From Campylobacterota bacterium (lineage in GTDB: Bacteria > Campylobacterota > Campylobacteria > Campylobacterales > Sulfurovaceae), in contig DSDW01000134.1 in NCBI GenBank assembly GCA_011048515.1, positions 9,496 through 73,495 on the forward strand: 64,000 nucleotides of DNA. Reading direction: 5' to 3'. The notes under the pieces are model-generated. The model was given only the letters and a program-made list of their open reading frames with translations, did not search any database and was not told the origin of the DNA. This document shows, piece after piece, positions 29,673 to 39,721 of the stretch. A program made the translations under genes and the position numbers. Within the stretch, counting starts at the first letter, position 1; the number at the start of each line of letters is the position of its first letter.

Positions 29673-30818
29673 TCAGACGTACTTCAGCTCTTCGGGTTTC
29701 TCTTTGCGCCTGATGAGGCTTTTTGCTTTTGCGATCCCTTCGCTGGTGCCGATCAGCAAGAGTTTTGATTTGGGCATGATGATCGTCTCTCCGTTGGGCA
29801 TCGGGATAAATTTGTCATCTCTCTGACGGATACCGATGATCGTCACGTTGGCTACATCGCGAAGTCTTGCTGCTTTTATTTTTTTCAGTGCCAGCCAGGA
29901 GGTTTTTGATACTTTAGCCTCCTCCATGTCCAGAGGGGTATCCTGCTTGTAAAGGAACTCCTGAAGCAGGTTTTCCATATCGGGGCGCGCTGCCATCGCA
30001 TTGATACGCTGTGCCAGCAGTTTTGTCGCGGTAACGACTTTATTGGCACCCAGTTTCAACAGCTTCTGGTCATCTTCATTACTTTTGGCATTGGCGATGA
30101 TCAGGTAGGGCTGTCCTCTATGGATCTCTTTCTCGTAGAGGCGTGCCGAAGCGACCGTAGCAATATTGTCAGCGACGTTATCTGCAAGCGTGATGACCCC
30201 CTTGGCTGAAGAGAGGTGCGATTTAAGTATCCCTTCCTGGGTATGAGGCTCAGCCGTAACAAAATAGGGATAATGATATTTTTTGGCAATTGCTTCGAGG
30301 TCTTCACTTGGGTCCACTACCACAAAAGGGATGTGGTTGGCTCTGAGGTGTTTGGTTACCTGAATGGTATACTCATTATGGTAACAGACGACGAAATGCT
30401 GTTTTAGTCTTGCAATCTCATAAAGCATTTTACGCTCCTTGGCGGTTTTTTGAAACTCACCTCTTTTGACCACTTCCACGATGATACCTATAGAGATAGA
30501 AAAGAGGATAAAGCCAAAGATGATCAATGTGATCGTAAAGATACGTCCTGCGTCAGAAAGGGGTGCGATCTCACCGAATCCTACCGTAGTAAAGGTAATC
30601 CCCGTTTGAAAAATCGCTTCCATCAGAGGAAAGTCATCAATGATCATGTAGCCCATCGTACCGATCAGCATCATCAATACAGTAAGAATAAGAGGGAGTC
30701 TAAAAGGTGCTAAATGACTATAGAATTCGTCATTCAGAGTAATATGCGGTTTTGGTGCGCTTCTCCAGCCGAGAAACTTTTTGAATCTTTGGACAGGACC
30801 CAAAGGTGTGTATCCCAA
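29673..30818 (-). CDS. potassium channel protein with TrkA-N/C (RCK) domains
   Basis: 2 TM with TTVGFG filter, HFVVCY NAD-binding domain, C-terminal IIGIRQ TrkA-C; start uncertain. Confidence 0.88.
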   Translation of the reverse strand: MGYTPLGPVQRFKKFLGWRSAPKPHITLNDEFYSHLAPFRLPLILTVLMMLIGTMGYMIIDDFPLMEAIFQTGITFTTVGFGEIAPLSDAGRIFTITLIIFGFILFSISIGIIVEVVKRGEFQKTAKERKMLYEIARLKQHFVVCYHNEYTIQVTKHLRANHIPFVVVDPSEDLEAIAKKYHYPYFVTAEPHTQEGILKSHLSSAKGVITLADNVADNIATVASARLYEKEIHRGQPYLIIANAKSNEDDQKLLKLGANKVVTATKLLAQRINAMAARPDMENLLQEFLYKQDTPLDMEEAKVSKTSWLALKKIKAARLRDVANVTIIGIRQRDDKFIPMPNGETIIMPKSKLLLIGTSEGIAKAKSLIRRKEKPEELKYV

Positions 30819-30830
30819 AGTATGGGATAC
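30810..30830 (-). terminator. hairpin at the end of rpmB
   Basis: GTATCCCA/TGGGATAC stem touching the rpmB stop codon. Confidence 0.45.
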
Positions 30831-31036
30831 TAGTTAGCCGCAGCTTGTGCAGCTATCTTTCTCATTGTTCTGAGTGTAGAAGCAGCAACTTTGATTCTCT
30901 TTGTTGTACCGTCTTCAAGTGTGACCTTTACAGATCTGAGGTTTGGAAGTTGTCTTCTTTTTGTCTTGTTGTTTGCGTGTGAAACGTTATTCCCAACAAG
31001 TGGACCTTTTCCGGATACTGAACATCTTCTTGCCAT
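30830..31036 (-). CDS. rpmB: 50S ribosomal protein L28
   Basis: [28 protein letters not shown]. Confidence 0.97.
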   Translation of the reverse strand: MARRCSVSGKGPLVGNNVSHANNKTKRRQLPNLRSVKVTLEDGTTKRIKVAASTLRTMRKIAAQAAAN

Positions 31037-31294
31037 GATAATTCCTTTATAAAATAATAGATAAATTCAACCTGTGTTAGTAAAAGGCGAATATTTTGTG
31101 CGATTATAGAGTAAGTGACCATAATTTTTGCTTAAGGGTTTCTAGAAGTGCCCTTGATATCAGCATGCAGTATATTTTACCCGGAAAAGAGGAGAATTTT
31201 TTCATCATTCTTCTCCCTTCTGGCCCGATATATGGCATCTTATCATCTATATTTCGTTATAATAACTACAAATTATATCATAAATAGGGACAGT

Positions 31295-31936
31295 ATGTTA
31301 GTAGCACCGAGTATCTTATCGGCAAATTTTGGAGCGTTGGCAAAGGATGTTGAGGCGATCTGCGAAGGGGGGTGTGATCTTGTGCATGTGGATGTCATGG
31401 ATGGACACTTTGTTCCCAATCTTACGATCGGGCCTGTTGTCGTGGAATCTGTGGCAAAAGTGGCTACCAAACCGCTTGATATCCATCTTATGGTAGAGAA
31501 CAATACCTTTTTTGTCGATCTTTTTGCGCCGTTGAAGCCCGGGTTTATCTCTTTCCATATAGAAGAGGAGAAACACCCGCACCGGCTGATCCAGAAGATC
31601 AGGGATTTGGGGATACACCCGGCGATCGTGCTCAATCCCCATACACCGCCAGAAGCGATCGAGTTTTTGCTCGAAGATATCGATATGGTGCTGTTGATGA
31701 GTGTCAATCCCGGGTTTGGAGGACAGAAGTTTATCCCTTCGGTGATAGAAAAGGCAAAGCGCCTGAAGCAGCTCATCGAAAAGCGGAATCCAAAGTGCCT
31801 GATCGAAGTGGATGGCGGGGTCAACGATCTCAATGTCAAAGAACTGGAAGCAGCGGGCGTGGATGTCGTTGTGGCAGGATCCTATGTCTATAAGCATCCA
31901 GAGGGTGTAGCGAAAGCGATCGCTTCGCTCAAATAA
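31295..31936 (+). CDS. rpe: ribulose-phosphate 3-epimerase
   Basis: APSILSA, HVDVMDGHFVPN, MSVNPGFGGQ, EVDGG; start ATG 31295. Confidence 0.97.
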   Translation: MLVAPSILSANFGALAKDVEAICEGGCDLVHVDVMDGHFVPNLTIGPVVVESVAKVATKPLDIHLMVENNTFFVDLFAPLKPGFISFHIEEEKHPHRLIQKIRDLGIHPAIVLNPHTPPEAIEFLLEDIDMVLLMSVNPGFGGQKFIPSVIEKAKRLKQLIEKRNPKCLIEVDGGVNDLNVKELEAAGVDVVVAGSYVYKHPEGVAKAIASLK

Positions 31937-31954
31937 ATTGTTGAGAGTAGAGTT

Positions 31955-32566
31955 GTGCAAGTTCAAAACAGAAAACTAAGAGTAAAGATCTGCGGTATTA
32001 CCAATCTGAGGGATGCACTGCACGCAGTGGAGTGCGGTGCGGATGCATTGGGGTTTGTATTTTACAGCAAGTCTCCGAGATATATCAGCCCTGAAGCGGC
32101 AAAGAAGATCATTGACAAGCTGCCTCCTTTCGTCGAGACCGTAGGCCTCTTTGTCAATGAAGGGGTAGAGACGATCGACACGATCTGCAAATATACCGAT
32201 ATCTCCCGTGCGCAGATACACTTTGAGGTGGATGAAGAGTCGCTTAGCCAGCTGCATGAGCAGGTACTGCCGGTTGTACGGGTAAAAGTCCCTGAGGATA
32301 TCCATAAGTTCGATCACAGATACCGGCTGGTCGATATACACAGTGACGCATACGGCGGTACCGGGGAGCGCCTTAACCTTGAGTGGTTCAAAGGGGTTGA
32401 CTGTTCCAGGATCATCCTGGCAGGGGGGCTGACTCCGGAAAATGTCGGGGAAGTGAAACCATACGGTTTTTACGGGGTTGACGTCAGTTCGGGAGTAGAG
32501 TCGATCAAAGGGAAAAAAGATCCTAAGAAAGTAGAGCAGTTTATCGTTAATGCAAAAGGTTTTTGA
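31955..32566 (+). CDS. trpF: phosphoribosylanthranilate isomerase
   Basis: VKICGITN, GFVFYSKSPRY, LAGGLTPEN, DVSSGVE. Confidence 0.95.
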   Translation: MQVQNRKLRVKICGITNLRDALHAVECGADALGFVFYSKSPRYISPEAAKKIIDKLPPFVETVGLFVNEGVETIDTICKYTDISRAQIHFEVDEESLSQLHEQVLPVVRVKVPEDIHKFDHRYRLVDIHSDAYGGTGERLNLEWFKGVDCSRIILAGGLTPENVGEVKPYGFYGVDVSSGVESIKGKKDPKKVEQFIVNAKGF

Positions 32567-33347
32567 GGAACTGACCCATGCATTTCGCAAGCATAAAGGC
32601 GTATTGACGCAAGAGCAGTATGAGCATATTGCCATCAGGCATACGACACTGCTGGAGGACGCCGATACAATTTTTATCCTTCTTCAGGCATCAGGCTATC
32701 CTATTTCACAAAGAGAAGAGAACCTTTACCAGCTGGACACCTACTTTACGCCGTATTATGAACAGCGCTACTGTGTCGTAGATATCGAGACCAACGGGAG
32801 CAAGCCTGGAGATTCTCAGGTCATTGAGATCGGTGCCGTACTGGTTCAAAACGGTAAGATCATCGACCGTTTTGAAACCTTTGTGGAGTGTGCTTTTTTG
32901 CCGGAGTATATCACGAAGATCACAGGGATTGAACCCCAGGACCTGATCGGTGCTCCCAGCAGAAAAGAGGCATTGACCAAACTGCGCCACTTCATGGGAG
33001 ATGCGGTCTTTGTCGCACACAATGCCAACTTTGATTATAATTTTCTTGGTGCCTCTTTTGAACGTTTCGGACTTGGCAATATCGGCAACCCGAAACTCTG
33101 TACGATCGATCTTGCCAGACGTACCTTCGAGTGCGAACGCTACGGTCTGTCGTATCTGATAGACTTTCTGGGAATTGATATGGCAACCCACCACAGGGCC
33201 TACAGCGATGCCTACTGCGCCTATCAGGTGATGAGAAAGAGTTTTATGACTGTACCTGAGTATGTCAGAAGTGCGGATGACCTGATCGTTTTTTCAACTT
33301 CCAGCAGGAAAGAGAGAAAAAAGCAGGGAGTAAGTAGCAGGGAGTAG
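32550..33347 (+). CDS. DEDDh 3'-5' exonuclease (DNA polymerase III epsilon-like)
   Basis: VDIETNG, VAHNANFD, HHRAYSDA. Confidence 0.9.
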   Translation: MQKVFEELTHAFRKHKGVLTQEQYEHIAIRHTTLLEDADTIFILLQASGYPISQREENLYQLDTYFTPYYEQRYCVVDIETNGSKPGDSQVIEIGAVLVQNGKIIDRFETFVECAFLPEYITKITGIEPQDLIGAPSRKEALTKLRHFMGDAVFVAHNANFDYNFLGASFERFGLGNIGNPKLCTIDLARRTFECERYGLSYLIDFLGIDMATHHRAYSDAYCAYQVMRKSFMTVPEYVRSADDLIVFSTSSRKERKKQGVSSRE

Positions 33348-33608
33348 GGAGCAGGTTAGGTAAGCATTTTTTAGAAAATGCTTTTATTTTAAGGTTTTGT
33401 TCATGTAATCCATGAAAAATTGCTACCGTGTGCCTACACGGCTTCGCTTCGCTACGACTTCGAGCTTACAAAAGCAAAGCTGTTTGCTTTTGCTTAACAG
33501 CTCTCACAGTTCCGTCGCTAAGATCGTGAAACTGTTCACGATCTTTATACGCTCCTCATCTGCTACCTACTTCCTTTTTACTTTTTACTTTTTACTTTTT
33601 ACTTTTTA
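33322..33608. mobile_element. empty heptamer-array element at a convergent junction
   Basis: AGCAGGG AGTAAGT AGCAGGG AGTAGGG AGCAGGT-TAGGTAAGC plus hairpin at left; (CTTTTTA)x5 at 33574-33608; several perfect internal stems. Confidence 0.65.
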
Positions 33609-34245
33609 AAAGGTGATGCAAAAAGAGTATCTGTGCAAAAACAGGGGCAAAGAGATTGAGGATCGGGATATAGTTGAAGAGCGATCCGATCATTGCGATG
33701 AGTGTGGATCGTCTGCTTTTCGTTTTGAGCATATTTTTATCCGTGATAAAAAGGGAGCCGACATCATAGACCGTCGGGTCTTTGAGCAGGATAGACCAGA
33801 GATAGAGCATCACGATTTGACCGATGAAGGGTATAAAAAGCAGCGGAAACAGCAGGATAAAGAGCAGCAGGAAAAGAGCGCTTGACTTTACCGTGACAAG
33901 GAGGGAGGTCATGATATCGGCACTTCCCGTGATCGGGGTAGCGGGGTAGTGTTTTTTTGTCAGTGCGATCAGGAGTTTTTCGCTCATGAGCGCAGTAAAG
34001 AGCGATACCATGAGGATAAAAAGGGTATATCCTATGAGCAGAGAGGCCAGAGAGGTGACAGCGGCAGTGAGCCACTCCCACGGTATCCAGCTCGCATAGA
34101 GGGTGGTCAATCCAAAGAGCAGGTCCCAGAAGAGCCAGCTCAGGATCAGGGTACTTGCCAGCGAGAGTAGGGCGATTTTTGCCACAAAGAAAAGCACCGA
34201 AGGGCTGAGGATATCCTGGAGGCTCTTGGCAGCGATCTGTTTCAT
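33592..34245 (-). CDS. EI24/CysZ-like membrane protein
   Basis: Multi-TM; LFNYIPILNLFAPVF C-terminal motif. Confidence 0.65.
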   Translation of the reverse strand: MKQIAAKSLQDILSPSVLFFVAKIALLSLASTLILSWLFWDLLFGLTTLYASWIPWEWLTAAVTSLASLLIGYTLFILMVSLFTALMSEKLLIALTKKHYPATPITGSADIMTSLLVTVKSSALFLLLFILLFPLLFIPFIGQIVMLYLWSILLKDPTVYDVGSLFITDKNMLKTKSRRSTLIAMIGSLFNYIPILNLFAPVFAQILFLHHLLKSKK

Positions 34246-34769
34246 TACAGATATTCGTTCTTGAAGGCTACATAGCGTTTTGCCGAAGCATAGAGCTCTG
34301 CCACCTCTTCATCGGTGAGTTCGCGTACCACTTTTGCAGGACTTCCCATGATGAGGCTTCTAGGCGGGAACTTTTTATTCTTTGTCACCAGTGCGTCGGC
34401 ACCTACGATCGACTCTTTGCCGATCACCGCACCATCCAGGATGGTCGCACTCATTCCGATCAGGCAGGCATCTTCGATGGTGCATCCGTGCAGCATTACC
34501 CTGTGCCCGACCGTCACATCATTGCCGATGATCGTCGGGTGCCCGTCGCTCATATCCTCTTTTTTGTGGTGGGTGACATGGATCATGCTGAGGTCCTGGA
34601 TATTGGTGCGGTCGCCGATGGAGATGTAGTGTACATCCCCGCGCACTACGCACCCGAACCATATTGCACTGTCTTCGCCCATCGTTGTGCGTCCCACTAC
34701 GGTCGCCCCTTCGGCGACCCATGCATTCTTGCCCAGTTTCGGTGTCCACTCTTTAAATTTTACTAACAT
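34245..34769 (-). CDS. gamma carbonic anhydrase family protein (YrdA-like)
   Basis: VVRGDV, NIQD, VTVGHRVMLHGC hexapeptide repeats. Confidence 0.92.
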   Translation of the reverse strand: MLVKFKEWTPKLGKNAWVAEGATVVGRTTMGEDSAIWFGCVVRGDVHYISIGDRTNIQDLSMIHVTHHKKEDMSDGHPTIIGNDVTVGHRVMLHGCTIEDACLIGMSATILDGAVIGKESIVGADALVTKNKKFPPRSLIMGSPAKVVRELTDEEVAELYASAKRYVAFKNEYL

Positions 34770-34804
34770 TTTTTTCTCCTGTAAATCTCTTTTTACTTAA
34801 GTAT

Positions 34805-34832
34805 TCTCATTTCTAACTTCTTGCGTCTTACT
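34805..34832 (-). repeat. solo degenerate heptamer array
   Basis: Minus strand AGTAAGA CGCAAGA AGTTAGA AATGAGA between ppk1 and the gamma-CA gene. Confidence 0.45.
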
Positions 34833-34839
34833 CTTTCGC

Positions 34840-36927
34840 TCAGCTCTCTTTGAGCAGCCGGTTTGCCAGACGGTGGACATAGTCCGGTGTCTCTTTTTGG
34901 GATTTGTTGTGAATCCTGTTGGTATACTCCTCAAGGATCTTATGGTTGTTGATCGATTTTCCGAGTACAGGCATTTTCACATAGTTGCCATCGGGCTGAA
35001 GCCTCCAGTTGAGGTTGTTGTCCGCCAGCTGGAGCATCAGTATCTGGATGATCTTTTGTGTCAGATGCTCTTCGCCGATCGGTGTCATGAGCTCCACACG
35101 CCTGATCAGGTTTCGCGGCATCAGGTCGGCACTGGCGATGTAGCATCTCGTCTTGGCATGTTTGAAGTAGTAGATACGCGGATGCTCAAGGTACTTGCCG
35201 ATGATGGAGTGTACCGCGATGTTCTCGCTCACCCCTTTGATCCCCGGTTTCAAACAGCAGATACCCCTGATGATCAGGTCGATCCTGCACCCCTCCTGAG
35301 AGGCTTTGTAGAGTGCCTTGATGATATCCTGGTCTACCAGTGAATTGGCTTTGAGGATCATATGCCCCTCTTGGCCGTGACGGCCCTCTCTTTCGATGAG
35401 GCGGAGCAGTTTGGGTTTGATCTGCGTAGGCGCCATGTAGAGCGTATCGAGTTTGGTATAGTTGGAGAATCCCGTCAGAAAATGGAAAAAGTTGGTTGCA
35501 TCCTTGACATAGCTCTCTTTGGCAGAGAAATAGGAGATATCCGTATAGATCTTTGCCGTGCTCGGATTGTAGTTCCCTGTCGCAAGATGTACGTAGCTCT
35601 GCAGTTTTTTGCCTTTGCGCTTGATCACCTGTGCGATCTTCGCATGGACTTTGAGCCCCGGGATCCCATAGACGACATGTGCGCCCACCTCTTCAAGCAG
35701 TTTTGCCCACCTGAGATTGTTCTCTTCGTCAAAGCGTGCTTTGAGTTCGACGAGTACCATGACCTGTTTACCGTCGCGTACCGCATCGATGAGCGCTTTG
35801 ACAATCGGTGATTTCGGGCCTGCGCGGTAGAGTGTCATACGGATCGCCAGTGTGTCGGGGTCCGCAGCCGCCTGCGAGATGAACTTGACGACGGGATCAA
35901 AACTGTCATAGGGGTGGTAGAGCAGGATATCCTGTTTCTCGATCGCCCCAAAGATATCTTCGCTGTCAAGCGGCGGAAGTATCTTCGGGGTGAAGGTCGG
36001 AAGCATAAGGTGCGAGAGCGAGGTTTCTCCTACGATCTGCCAGAGGCTTCCCAGGTCAAGCGGGATGGATTTGTAGAAGTAGATATCCTCCTGGTCAAGT
36101 TTCAAATAGGAGAGAAGGAACTTGACCAGGTCATTGTTCGCCCCGTCAAGCAGTTCAAGGCGGATGAATGAGCCCTTGTTTCTCGAACGCAGCCCCTCCT
36201 GCAGGATCTCGAGGAAATCATCGGCCTCCTCCTCCTCGATCTCGATATCGGCATTTCTTGTGACCCTGAACGGGGTGGAGGCGATGCACTTGAACCCCGG
36301 GAAGAGTTCCGAAGCAAAATACTCCACCACCGTGTCGATCGGCACGAAGGTATGGTCGATCTGTAGAAATCTCGGCAGCACGCGCGGGATACGGATCAGG
36401 CCGTGCTTGATCTGGTTGGAGTCATCCTTGAGGGTGAGCGCCAGGCCGAAGCTCAGGTTGTTGAGGTGGGGGAAAGGGTGGGTCGCATCGACAGCGATCG
36501 GGATGATCACCGGATAGATCTCATTGAAAAAGATCGCTTTGACCTCTTCCTGTTCCTGGTCGTTGAGCGCAGTGTAGTTTTTGATATTGACGCCGTGGGT
36601 ATAGAGCTCCGAGACGATAGAGTTGTAGCATGACTCAAGGATCAAATGCTCTTTATGGAGATAGTTGCGTATCTCCTCAAGCTGTTCGCCGGGGGTCAGT
36701 TTGTCCGGCCCTGTCTCCTGGATGCGCGCATCATAGAGCGACTTGAGCCCGGCGACGCGTATCATGTAGAACTCGTCAAGGTTGGTTCCGTAAATGGCGA
36801 TGAACTTCAGCCTCTCCAGCGGCGGCAGGTTCTCATCGAGCGCCTGTGCGAGTGCGCGGGAGTTGAACTGCAGCCATGAGAGCTCACGGTTAAAATAGAG
36901 TTGTGATGAATTCAGGTCCATTGACAT
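34840..36927 (-). CDS. ppk1: polyphosphate kinase 1
   Basis: YFNRELSWLQFN, NLDEFYMIRVAG, HHPY-like YHPYDSF, ELKARFDE, GLKVHAK, EHPRIYYF. Confidence 0.97.
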   Translation of the reverse strand: MSMDLNSSQLYFNRELSWLQFNSRALAQALDENLPPLERLKFIAIYGTNLDEFYMIRVAGLKSLYDARIQETGPDKLTPGEQLEEIRNYLHKEHLILESCYNSIVSELYTHGVNIKNYTALNDQEQEEVKAIFFNEIYPVIIPIAVDATHPFPHLNNLSFGLALTLKDDSNQIKHGLIRIPRVLPRFLQIDHTFVPIDTVVEYFASELFPGFKCIASTPFRVTRNADIEIEEEEADDFLEILQEGLRSRNKGSFIRLELLDGANNDLVKFLLSYLKLDQEDIYFYKSIPLDLGSLWQIVGETSLSHLMLPTFTPKILPPLDSEDIFGAIEKQDILLYHPYDSFDPVVKFISQAAADPDTLAIRMTLYRAGPKSPIVKALIDAVRDGKQVMVLVELKARFDEENNLRWAKLLEEVGAHVVYGIPGLKVHAKIAQVIKRKGKKLQSYVHLATGNYNPSTAKIYTDISYFSAKESYVKDATNFFHFLTGFSNYTKLDTLYMAPTQIKPKLLRLIEREGRHGQEGHMILKANSLVDQDIIKALYKASQEGCRIDLIIRGICCLKPGIKGVSENIAVHSIIGKYLEHPRIYYFKHAKTRCYIASADLMPRNLIRRVELMTPIGEEHLTQKIIQILMLQLADNNLNWRLQPDGNYVKMPVLGKSINNHKILEEYTNRIHNKSQKETPDYVHRLANRLLKES

Positions 36928-37196
36928 AAAAACTCCGTTTTTAAATTAAAAATTAAAAGGTAAAAACTAACAATCCAGACTCGTTCCCACTCTCCTGAGT
37001 GGGAATGCATATACAACATTTCAGAGTAAAGGGAGTCTATTCACTTTTATGTCGTTTTGTACGCATTCCATATCAGGAGATATGGAACGAGGCGGTGGCT
37101 CCACTTTTTATGATTTGAAAGGATTATAGCAAAATAAAAGCACTTTGACAAAAGTGGATACTAAAGTTTTTAATTTTTAATTTTTACTTGTTAATT
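36925..37196. mobile_element. empty heptamer-array element containing an inverted REP doublet
   Basis: ATTAAAA ATTAAAA GGTAAAA at 36945-36965; inverse array at 37165-37196; REP hairpins at 36980-37008 and 37063-37091. Confidence 0.65.
36980..37091. repeat. REP doublet (REPIN-like)
   Basis: CTCGTTCCCACTCTCCTGAGTGGGAATGC and an inverted copy CTCGTTCCATATCTCCTGATATGGAATGC with compensatory stem changes. Confidence 0.8.
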
Positions 37197-37207
37197 GATC
37201 AAAAAGC

Positions 37208-39181
37208 CTAGAGCTTTTTGATCTTGGCGATCTCATCGCGCAGCCTTGCCGCCTCTTCAAACTCAAGGTTTTTGGCCGCAACCAGCATCTTTGCCTTGAG
37301 CTCACCGATCACTTTCTGGCGTTCGGCTTTCGGCATCTTGTCGAGTTTGCTGCGTTTATTGTAGAGTTCACCCGCGTCTTCGACTTTGAGATCGGTATCA
37401 AGTACCCTGACCGTGGTTTGGGGGGTGATATTGTGCGCTTTGTTGTATGCCATCTGCTTCTGGCGTCTCGCCTGTGTGGTTTCGATCGTGGTCTTCATCG
37501 ACTCCGTCATCTTCTTGGCATACATCAGTACTTTCCCGTTGGCGTTTCTGGCCGCACGCCCGGAGGTCTGTATCAGCGAGGTGGTCGAGCGGAGGAACCC
37601 CTCTTTGTCCGCATCAAGGATCGCTACGAGGCTCACCTCGGGGAGGTCAAGCCCCTCCCTCAGCAGGTTGATCCCCACCAATATGTCAAATTCGCCCAGG
37701 CGGAGCGAACGGATCGTCTGGTTGCGTTCGATCGCATCCATCTCGGAGTGCATATAGCGCGCTTTCAGCCCAAGGTCATTGTAGTAGGTGGTCAGCTCTT
37801 CGGCCATCTTTTTGGTCAGTACCGTCACGAGTACCCGTTCTCCCCGTTCGATGACGGGTTTCATCCTGTCATGCAGGTCCTCCACCTGGTAGGTGCTGTC
37901 TATCACCTCTATCTCGGGATCGAGCAGCCCCGTGGGACGTACGACCTGTTCGGCAACGACGGAGGAGAGTTCCCCTTCGATCTGTGCCGGTGTGGCAGAG
38001 ACGAAAAGGTAGTGGGGCGCTTTGTTGATATACTCGTCAAATTTGAGCGGACGGTTATCCAGCGCCGAGGGGAGGCGGAAGCCGTGCTCCACCAGTACCT
38101 CCTTGCGGCTTCTGTCCCCTGCATACATACCGCGGAATTGGGGGAGGGAGACATGCGACTCATCGACGATCACCAGGTAGTCGTCATGCATCGCTTCGAA
38201 GTAGTCCATCATCGAGTAGGGGGTCTCCCCCGGTTTTTTGCCGGTAAGGTGGCGCGAGTAGTTCTCGATCCCCTTGCAGATCCCTGTCGCCTCCAGCATC
38301 TCAAGGTCGAACTCGGTACGCTGCTTGAGGCGGTTGTACTCTATCAGGCGCTCCTCTTTCTGGAAAAAGGCGAGCCTCTCGTCCAGCTCCTCCTCGATGC
38401 TTTTGATCGCTTTTGCCAGCTTCTCTTTCCCTACGATGAACTGGTTGGCGGAGTAGACCGTCACCTCTTTTTTGTGCTCCTCCTTCTCTCCGGTGAGCGA
38501 GTTGAAGGTGTAGATATCCTCGACTTCATCCCCGAAGAACTCCACACGGATGGCAAACTCCTCGGAGTAGGCGGGATAGATATCTACCACCTCCCCGCTG
38601 ACACGGAAGTTCCCCCGGTCAAAGTACTCGTCGTTGCGTTTGTAGCCCATATCGACCAGTTTGAGCAGCAGCGCTTTGCGGTCATGCTCCTCGCCGACAC
38701 AGAGTTTCTGGACGATGGTTTTGTAGTCCTCTGGCGAGCCCAGCCCGTAGTTGGCGGAGACCGAGGCGACGACGATCACATCATCGTGGCTGAGCAGCGA
38801 AGCGGTCGTAGAGAGCCTGAGGCGTTCGAGCTCCTGGTTGATCGAGCTGTCCTTCTCGATAAAGAGATCCTGCCTCGGCAGGTAGGCTTCGGGCTGGTAG
38901 TAGTCGTAGTAGCTGATAAAGTACTCGACATGGTTGTTAGGGAAGAAAGACTTGAACTCGCTGTAGAGCTGTGCGGCCAGCGTCTTGTTGTGCGTCATGA
39001 TCAGGGTCGGCTTCTGTGTCTTCTCGATCACTTTCGCCATCGTATAGGTCTTCCCCGAACCCGTCACCCCCAGCAGAGTCTGGTAGCGGTTGCCCGCAAG
39101 GATGGAACTGCTGAGCGCCTCGATCGCTCCCGGCTGGTCTCCGGAAGGCTGATAGGGACTGCTTACGGTAAAATTTTTCAA
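37208..39181 (-). CDS. uvrB: excinuclease ABC subunit B
   Basis: [48 protein letters not shown] domain [11 protein letters not shown]; likely start TTG 39181. Confidence 0.98.
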   Translation of the reverse strand: MKNFTVSSPYQPSGDQPGAIEALSSSILAGNRYQTLLGVTGSGKTYTMAKVIEKTQKPTLIMTHNKTLAAQLYSEFKSFFPNNHVEYFISYYDYYQPEAYLPRQDLFIEKDSSINQELERLRLSTTASLLSHDDVIVVASVSANYGLGSPEDYKTIVQKLCVGEEHDRKALLLKLVDMGYKRNDEYFDRGNFRVSGEVVDIYPAYSEEFAIRVEFFGDEVEDIYTFNSLTGEKEEHKKEVTVYSANQFIVGKEKLAKAIKSIEEELDERLAFFQKEERLIEYNRLKQRTEFDLEMLEATGICKGIENYSRHLTGKKPGETPYSMMDYFEAMHDDYLVIVDESHVSLPQFRGMYAGDRSRKEVLVEHGFRLPSALDNRPLKFDEYINKAPHYLFVSATPAQIEGELSSVVAEQVVRPTGLLDPEIEVIDSTYQVEDLHDRMKPVIERGERVLVTVLTKKMAEELTTYYNDLGLKARYMHSEMDAIERNQTIRSLRLGEFDILVGINLLREGLDLPEVSLVAILDADKEGFLRSTTSLIQTSGRAARNANGKVLMYAKKMTESMKTTIETTQARRQKQMAYNKAHNITPQTTVRVLDTDLKVEDAGELYNKRSKLDKMPKAERQKVIGELKAKMLVAAKNLEFEEAARLRDEIAKIKKL

Positions 39182-39202
39182 ATTCTCCCTTTCAAATTTA
39201 TA

Positions 39203-39721
39203 AGTAAAAATTAACAAGTAAAAAGTAAAAGTTTATGTAGATATTTTATTATACAACAGTTTTATTTTTGAGCCTTTTAAGACTGGATACAAGCAGACGG
39301 ATAATCTCTTTGATATCTTCTATAAGACTTTCAAACATTGCCTGCGTTATAAACTTGGTATCGTATAGTAAATTGATCCAATACTTTGTTTCATTTGCTT
39401 CTTTTAGACCTATGTTTAGTTTATTGATAAAGTCAGCATGAGACTGTGCGAACTCGGACTCAGATATCAATGCGCCGATCGATGTTCCTGACCGAAGAAT
39501 CTGTCTGCTTAATACATACTCTTTTTTCTCATTGTTGAGGTATTGAGACAGGTTTACTACTCTGATAGCAAATGCATAGGATTTAGAGTGCAATAAGTTC
39601 TCTTTTTTCATGTCAGAGTTTACCCATCTGTTATTTATTTATGAGTATTATAACGATAAAGGTTAAAAAGTGTTTTTAATTGTTACTTTTTACTTTTTAA
39701 TTTAAAAAACGGAGTTTTTTT
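39203..39721 (-). mobile_element. four-helix-bundle cassette bounded by inverted AGTAAAA-type heptamer arrays
   Basis: AGTAAAA ATTAACA AGTAAAA AGTAAAA at 39203-39230; inverse array at 39672-39702. Confidence 0.7.
39249..39611 (-). CDS. four helix bundle protein (TIGR02436; 23S rRNA IVP/Avd-like)
   Basis: QILRSGTSIGALISE...AQS..DFINKL...KEANETKYWI.LL family signature. Confidence 0.9.
   Translation of the reverse strand: MKKENLLHSKSYAFAIRVVNLSQYLNNEKKEYVLSRQILRSGTSIGALISESEFAQSHADFINKLNIGLKEANETKYWINLLYDTKFITQAMFESLIEDIKEIIRLLVSSLKRLKNKTVV

Noticed and set aside
37418-39214. 598-aa + strand ORF (also 43607-44956, 45518-46456, 3716-4513, 24038-24907 and many shorter ones)
   Set aside because: Antisense shadows of well-supported genes (uvrB, priA, ispG, argS, fabF); no motifs; explained by codon bias.
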